A DNA stretch of 64,000 nt from an uncultured Eubacteriales bacterium (GTDB lineage: Bacteria > Bacillota > Clostridia > Oscillospirales > CAG-272). Below the pieces are notes generated by a model. It made no database searches and was not told where the DNA came from. It saw only the letters and a list, made by a program, of their open reading frames with translations. Positions 59,970 through 64,000 of the stretch are shown piece after piece (position 1 is the first letter of the stretch; each line of letters starts with the position of its first letter). Where the stretch lies: the NCBI GenBank assembly GCA_958352145.1, contig CATWNM010000001.1:4698-68697 (forward strand), read 5' to 3'. The position numbers were made by a program, and so were the translations under genes.

Positions 59970-60869
59970 CTATGCTCTATCCATTCTACAAAAGCTAATA
60001 CATAAATCAATAAACAAACGCATTAATGGACTAATCCATTTATTTTTGTGGTAGCCACAAATGGCTGTAATAGTTTTATCTGAAATATCGGTAGGAATTT
60101 CTTCTAATTCTCCTGTGTCGAGATCCTCTTGCACTGCAAACGTAGGCAGGAATGAAATACCAATATCGCTTTTTACAAGATTTTTGATTGTAGGAACACT
60201 CCATAACTCAATCGTATGATCAAGGATAATAGATTTTTTTTGAAGATATTCTTCAAAAATTTGTCGAAAAATGCATTTTTTCTCGTTGATGATAAAGGGA
60301 ACAGGGATTATTCTGTCCGGGGTTATAAAATCTGGGTAAAGTTTTTTTATTCCGGGAGATGCCACAAGCGACATAGGATAGCTACCCAATGAATGAACCG
60401 TAAGATTAGAACCAAAGCCTCCCACATCTTCATAAAACAATCCCAAATCTAATGTGCCATTTAAAAGTTCATTGCGGATGTCATAACAATTCATAGACTG
60501 CAAGAACAAGCGAACTTTTGGCGCTTTTTGATGGAATTCTTTCAAAATAGCAGGCAAACGATAGCAGAGCAGAGTTTCACCAACACCAATGTTCAAACTA
60601 CCTTGACACTCAGATAAATCAGATTCAAAAAAACGCAGTTTATCTACAGATTGTAATATTTCATCTACATAGGGAACTAAATGTTCTCCTGCTTTTGTCA
60701 AGACCATCTTGCGTCCGATTTTTTCAAACAGAGTGATAGACAATTCTTGTTCTAGCTGACCAATTTGAAATGTAATTGTAGACTGTGTATAATTCAATTT
60801 TGCAGCGGCTTTGTTAAATCCTCCCTCATTAATAATTGTCCGAAAGGTTCGTAAATATTTTAATTCCAT
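59970..60869 (-). CDS. LysR family transcriptional regulator
   Basis: MELKYLRTFRTIINEGGFNKAAAKLNYTQSTITFQIGQLEQEL HTH plus a LysR substrate-binding domain. GGAGGCG RBS is present and the gene is AT-rich. Confidence 0.9.
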   Translation of the reverse strand: MELKYLRTFRTIINEGGFNKAAAKLNYTQSTITFQIGQLEQELSITLFEKIGRKMVLTKAGEHLVPYVDEILQSVDKLRFFESDLSECQGSLNIGVGETLLCYRLPAILKEFHQKAPKVRLFLQSMNCYDIRNELLNGTLDLGLFYEDVGGFGSNLTVHSLGSYPMSLVASPGIKKLYPDFITPDRIIPVPFIINEKKCIFRQIFEEYLQKKSIILDHTIELWSVPTIKNLVKSDIGISFLPTFAVQEDLDTGELEEIPTDISDKTITAICGYHKNKWISPLMRLFIDLCISFCRMDRA

Positions 60870-60891
60870 GTAACGCCTCCAATGGTTCAAT

Positions 60892-60925
60892 AAAATCGAA
60901 CTATCAATAAAATAATTTCGATTTT
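60892..60925. promoter_or_regulatory. inverted repeat AAAATCGAA-N16-TTCGATTTT in the LysR/GNAT divergent region (possible LysR box)
   Basis: It has perfect 9-bp arms and lies 23 nt upstream of the LysR start codon. Confidence 0.4.
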
Positions 60926-61113
60926 ACAAAACTGATCTTTGGGTGTATTATATTTGTTGTAATGTTTGTGGTAAATGGCGCATTTGGTGTTGGCACCGTT
61001 TATTACGACGCTGACGTGTGGTTATATGTTTACTATATATAAAAATATGTCCAAAAACATGCTATTAAGTAAAAATCAATATTAGGAAAAAGTTATAACT
61101 AGGAGGAATCAAG

Positions 61114-61626
61114 ATGTATTTACTTGAGCTAGCAAAATTAGATGATGTGCGAAAATGCTACAATATCATCAAAGAAGCAAAAAAATTTCAAAAGGAGCAG
61201 GGATTTACTCAATGGACGGATGATTATCCCAATCAAGATACGATTCAACAGGATATACAAGCGGAAAAAGGTTATATAGTCACATCTGACAAAGAGATTG
61301 CAGGTTACATGTGCATTGATTTTTCTGGCGAGCCTGCCTATGAGAACATAGAAGGAAAGTGGAATACAGATCTACCATATGCCGTTATTCATCGTATGGC
61401 ATTTAGTAAAGAATTTAGAAATAGAGGCTTGAGCAGTATCGCACTATCTTTAATCGAAAACTTATGCCTTTCTAAAAACATAAAAAGTATTCGTGTTGAT
61501 ACCGACTTTCCAAATAAACGGATGCAACATATTTTAGAAAAAAACGGCTTTTCTAAATGTGGGATAATCGTTTTTCAAGGAAGCGGTAAATTGGCTTATG
61601 AAAAGGCCCTTATCAGCGAGACATAG
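61114..61626 (+). CDS. GNAT family N-acetyltransferase
   Basis: FRNRGLSSIALSLIENL fits the R/QxxGxG/A-type acetyl-CoA motif, followed by NKRMQHILEKNGF. AGGAGG RBS is present. The gene is divergent from LysR. Confidence 0.85.
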   Translation: MYLLELAKLDDVRKCYNIIKEAKKFQKEQGFTQWTDDYPNQDTIQQDIQAEKGYIVTSDKEIAGYMCIDFSGEPAYENIEGKWNTDLPYAVIHRMAFSKEFRNRGLSSIALSLIENLCLSKNIKSIRVDTDFPNKRMQHILEKNGFSKCGIIVFQGSGKLAYEKALISET

Positions 61627-62234
61627 TATGGAATTCAAAGCAGGAATATTAGACCCCGAAAATGAAATGTGCCGATAGCTTCAATCACTTTTGGAACATC
61701 ATCGTTCCATAGAAGTCAAACAAAAGTGCAGTTTCTTAGGCAACAAAAAAGGGGCAATCTCCCGTCATTACTACGCGGAGTAGATTTTATATTCTGTATT
61801 TATCAACCAGATGACATTCTTTATTCCATATACTTGCTACGAAACTTTTTTGCAGACTATTTTCCCTGGATTATTTTGCACTTTGATTCAGTCCAGGTTT
61901 TTTCTTTGCGAAATAGCTTTTGGGAAAGGAATGGATGACTTGATGGGACGGAATTTAATGCGTTTTAAAAAGTTACGTTAAAGGTTGATTTTGAGAGAAA
62001 AAGTATAAACACCTTGCTCCTTAATAATTGTACCTGTAAAGCTTTTTGTGGCGCCAAAATGGCGCCCAACCTTGCACAACCACCTAATACGGGATATAGA
62101 CTTTATGCGAAAAGTCTTTATTTTAAGCTGTTTTGCAAGGTTTTATAAACATTGGCGGAAAGGTATAAGGTGATTTCTATCTATAAAATCAATAAAAATA
62201 AGCGGAAGCTAGGCCTCTTTCGGCGGAAAACATA

Positions 62235-62711
62235 TTATTTTTTATTAGATTTCAAAAACCATACAGGCATTCGATATTTATAGCTTCGTAAAAAATCTGT
62301 TCTCTCACCCGCAATTATTACAGCAAACGCTTCTCTTTTATCCGGTAAAATACGCCAGGCGCAGGAACGCAAGGCGCATCTATGCCGGTTCATGTCATAA
62401 TCCGGCATGCTTTTTTTGCATTTTCCTATGAATATACACAGAAACGGTTTTGCCTTGTCAAATAAATACGTTTCAAGGAAATTATCCTGAACCTCTTCGT
62501 TTATCGGCCAGCCAACACATACAGAGATTCTATCAAAACAACCCGAAGTGTCAGTCATTGTCAATACAATTGTAGCATACAACCGGAATTCAGAAAAGAT
62601 TACAGATAAGCAACAACTGTATTTCCACTGTAGCGGCATATTTTGACATGCGGAAAATGTTCGCAAAAATACAAAATCTCTCAAACATACATTTTCATTC
62701 TTACAAATCAT
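62235..62711 (-). CDS. hypothetical Cys-rich protein (start uncertain; possibly 62558)
   Basis: It is the only long ORF in an AT-rich stretch. There is no SD at any candidate ATG, and I recognised no motif. Confidence 0.3.
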   Translation of the reverse strand: MICKNENVCLRDFVFLRTFSACQNMPLQWKYSCCLSVIFSEFRLYATIVLTMTDTSGCFDRISVCVGWPINEEVQDNFLETYLFDKAKPFLCIFIGKCKKSMPDYDMNRHRCALRSCAWRILPDKREAFAVIIAGERTDFLRSYKYRMPVWFLKSNKK

Positions 62712-62812
62712 GCTATAATTAAAATATAGTCTTGTTCCGTACTTTTAATGTGGCAAAACATCACAAAAGGCGGATTATATTATAAGCACATTTATATACG
62801 GGAGACAACAGT

Positions 62813-64000
62813 ATGAAAAGAGCGATATTATTCATGATTTTGTTTTGCGCGCTGTTTTCGTTTTGCCTTGCCAGCGTGTCTGCCGCCGGCGCACCGGACG
62901 GCGCGGCCTGTGCGGACGGATTGTATTTTTTGGGATTAATTCAGGGATACAGCGCGGGAGGACAAGACTTTGGTCTTGACGACGCGTTGACGCGCGCGCA
63001 GGCAGTCGTGCTACTGGAGCGCTATCTGGGCGTGCTAACCGACGCCGAAACCACGGTGGTCAAAGCGCCTTTTGACGATGTGCCCGATTGGGCCGACAGC
63101 TATATTGGCTATGCCTGCGAACACCGGCTTGTATCAGGGAAAACGGATGCTTCCGGAAAGGCGTATTTTGATCCGGATGCGCCGGTCAGTGAGACGGAAT
63201 TTTTGACGCTTTTGCTGCGGGCGATGGATTATACCGATCAAAACGACGGCAGCGGCGACTTTGTCTGGAGCGATCCGTATTCGCTGTCGGATTCGCTAGG
63301 GCTTACCAACGGGAAGAGCGAGACCTTTTTGCGGGGCGATGCTTTCGGTATATGCTGGTCGGCGCTCGGCGCCCTTTCCAAAACCGGAAAGACGGTCGCG
63401 GAAAAGCTGATGTCTGCCGGTGTGTTTAACGACGCCCGGTATACGTATGCAAAGCGCATTGCCGCCGGCGATACAATCCGTGTCGTCTGTGTCGGCGACA
63501 GCATCACGCAGGGGACCGGCGCGAAAGATCCGGCCAGCAACAGCTATCCGTCGAGGCTGCAAAAGCTGCTGGGTAACGGCTTCGAAGTCATTAACTGCGG
63601 AAAAGCTAGCGCATATGTTATGTCACCGGACATTTCTTTCAATCAAAAGGCAAAAACGCACGGAATCGAACTGTATTATCCCAACACAGCGGCCTATCAA
63701 ACCGCAATTCAAGCCAATCCGGACGTTGTGATTATTATGCTTGGCACAAACGACTGTAGAAACATTACCGATTCGGCAAGCACCGCGCAATGGATCAGCG
63801 ACTACAAAGCATTGATCGCCGATTTTGCAGCGCTGGATTCAAATCCCAAAATCTATCTGTCAACAATGATTCCCGCTGTTAATATAGAGCTTGCCTATCA
63901 AAACACTGCTTGGAATATTCCCGGATTAATTCGCTCGGTTGGCGCCGAATTCCAACTTCCGGTTCTTGAAACCGGCAAAATTCTGCATGATTATTATGTG
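62813..64000 (+). CDS. secreted SLH-domain protein fused to an SGNH/GDSL hydrolase domain (3' end outside window)
   Basis: It is absent from the ORF track because there is no stop in the window. My translation gives a signal peptide MKRAILFMILFCALFSFCLASVSA, SLH-like repeats (FDDVPDWADSYIGYACEHRLVSG), then VVCVGDSITQG and IMLGTNDC SGNH blocks. Confidence 0.75.
   Translation, partial: MKRAILFMILFCALFSFCLASVSAAGAPDGAACADGLYFLGLIQGYSAGGQDFGLDDALTRAQAVVLLERYLGVLTDAETTVVKAPFDDVPDWADSYIGYACEHRLVSGKTDASGKAYFDPDAPVSETEFLTLLLRAMDYTDQNDGSGDFVWSDPYSLSDSLGLTNGKSETFLRGDAFGICWSALGALSKTGKTVAEKLMSAGVFNDARYTYAKRIAAGDTIRVVCVGDSITQGTGAKDPASNSYPSRLQKLLGNGFEVINCGKASAYVMSPDISFNQKAKTHGIELYYPNTAAYQTAIQANPDVVIIMLGTNDCRNITDSASTAQWISDYKALIADFAALDSNPKIYLSTMIPAVNIELAYQNTAWNIPGLIRSVGAEFQLPVLETGKILHDYYV

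Noticed and set aside
61669-61938. An 89-aa plus-strand ORF in the AT-rich islet.
   Set aside because: It has no RBS, its composition is low-complexity and AT-driven, and both strands look non-coding. It is treated as intergenic.

Overview
This 64-kb chromosomal segment looks like a Gram-positive, Clostridia-type genome. That call is inference from GGAGG-type RBSs, an SLH-domain wall protein, a type I-C CRISPR-Cas locus and mostly 50-60% GC with a few AT-rich islets.

Content from left to right:
- 1-4.9 kb: the end of an integrative element. It carries a MATE cargo gene, terminator-separated small ORFs, two sigma-70 region-4-like regulators, a 565-aa large serine recombinase and a NUDIX gene.
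- 5-12 kb: potABCD on the minus strand, an M15/VanY-type peptidase, a MnmM/YtqB-like methyltransferase and an amidase-domain protein.
- 12.2-20.9 kb: a complete type I-C CRISPR-Cas locus, cas3-cas5-cas8c-cas7-cas4-cas1-cas2 plus an array of 11 repeats and 10 spacers, all on the minus strand.
- 21-24 kb: tRNA-His and tRNA-Arg, ybaK, an SGNH hydrolase and a radical SAM enzyme.
- 24-30 kb: a MarR regulator with a two-gene ABC exporter, then a frameshifted MATE gene in a low-GC islet.
- 30-39 kb: an XRE regulator, a PLC-like protein, a DUF362 Fe-S protein, a YgjP-like metallopeptidase, trxB/trxA, a GNAT, udp and cdd-deoB-deoC.
- 39.3-47.7 kb: an 8-gene shikimate/Phe/Tyr operon, aroF-tyrA-aroB-aroA-aroC-pheA-aroE::aroK-aroQ.
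- 47.8-64 kb: an SH3b/C39-like peptidase, dusB, csoR with a P1B ATPase, a GntR-ABC ATPase-giant permease operon, an Amidase_3 lipoprotein, an amino-acid ABC transporter, an AT-rich LysR/GNAT islet, and a partial SLH+SGNH protein at the right edge.

No rRNA genes or IS transposases were seen.

I did not find a convincing new multi-gene protein system. The most interesting unexplained signals are RNA-level or regulatory:
- A Phe/Tyr-rich leader peptide with competing terminator and antiterminator helices sits in front of the aro operon.
- A roughly 500-nt ORF-free, helix-dense, terminator-capped segment lies inside the mobile element.
- An orphan promoter-hairpin-terminator unit near 31.0 kb is a candidate sRNA.
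- Two adjacent CRISPR spacers are identical.
- Several long perfect palindromes and inverted-repeat modules occur in intergenic regions.

All homology calls come from motif recognition by eye; no database search was run.
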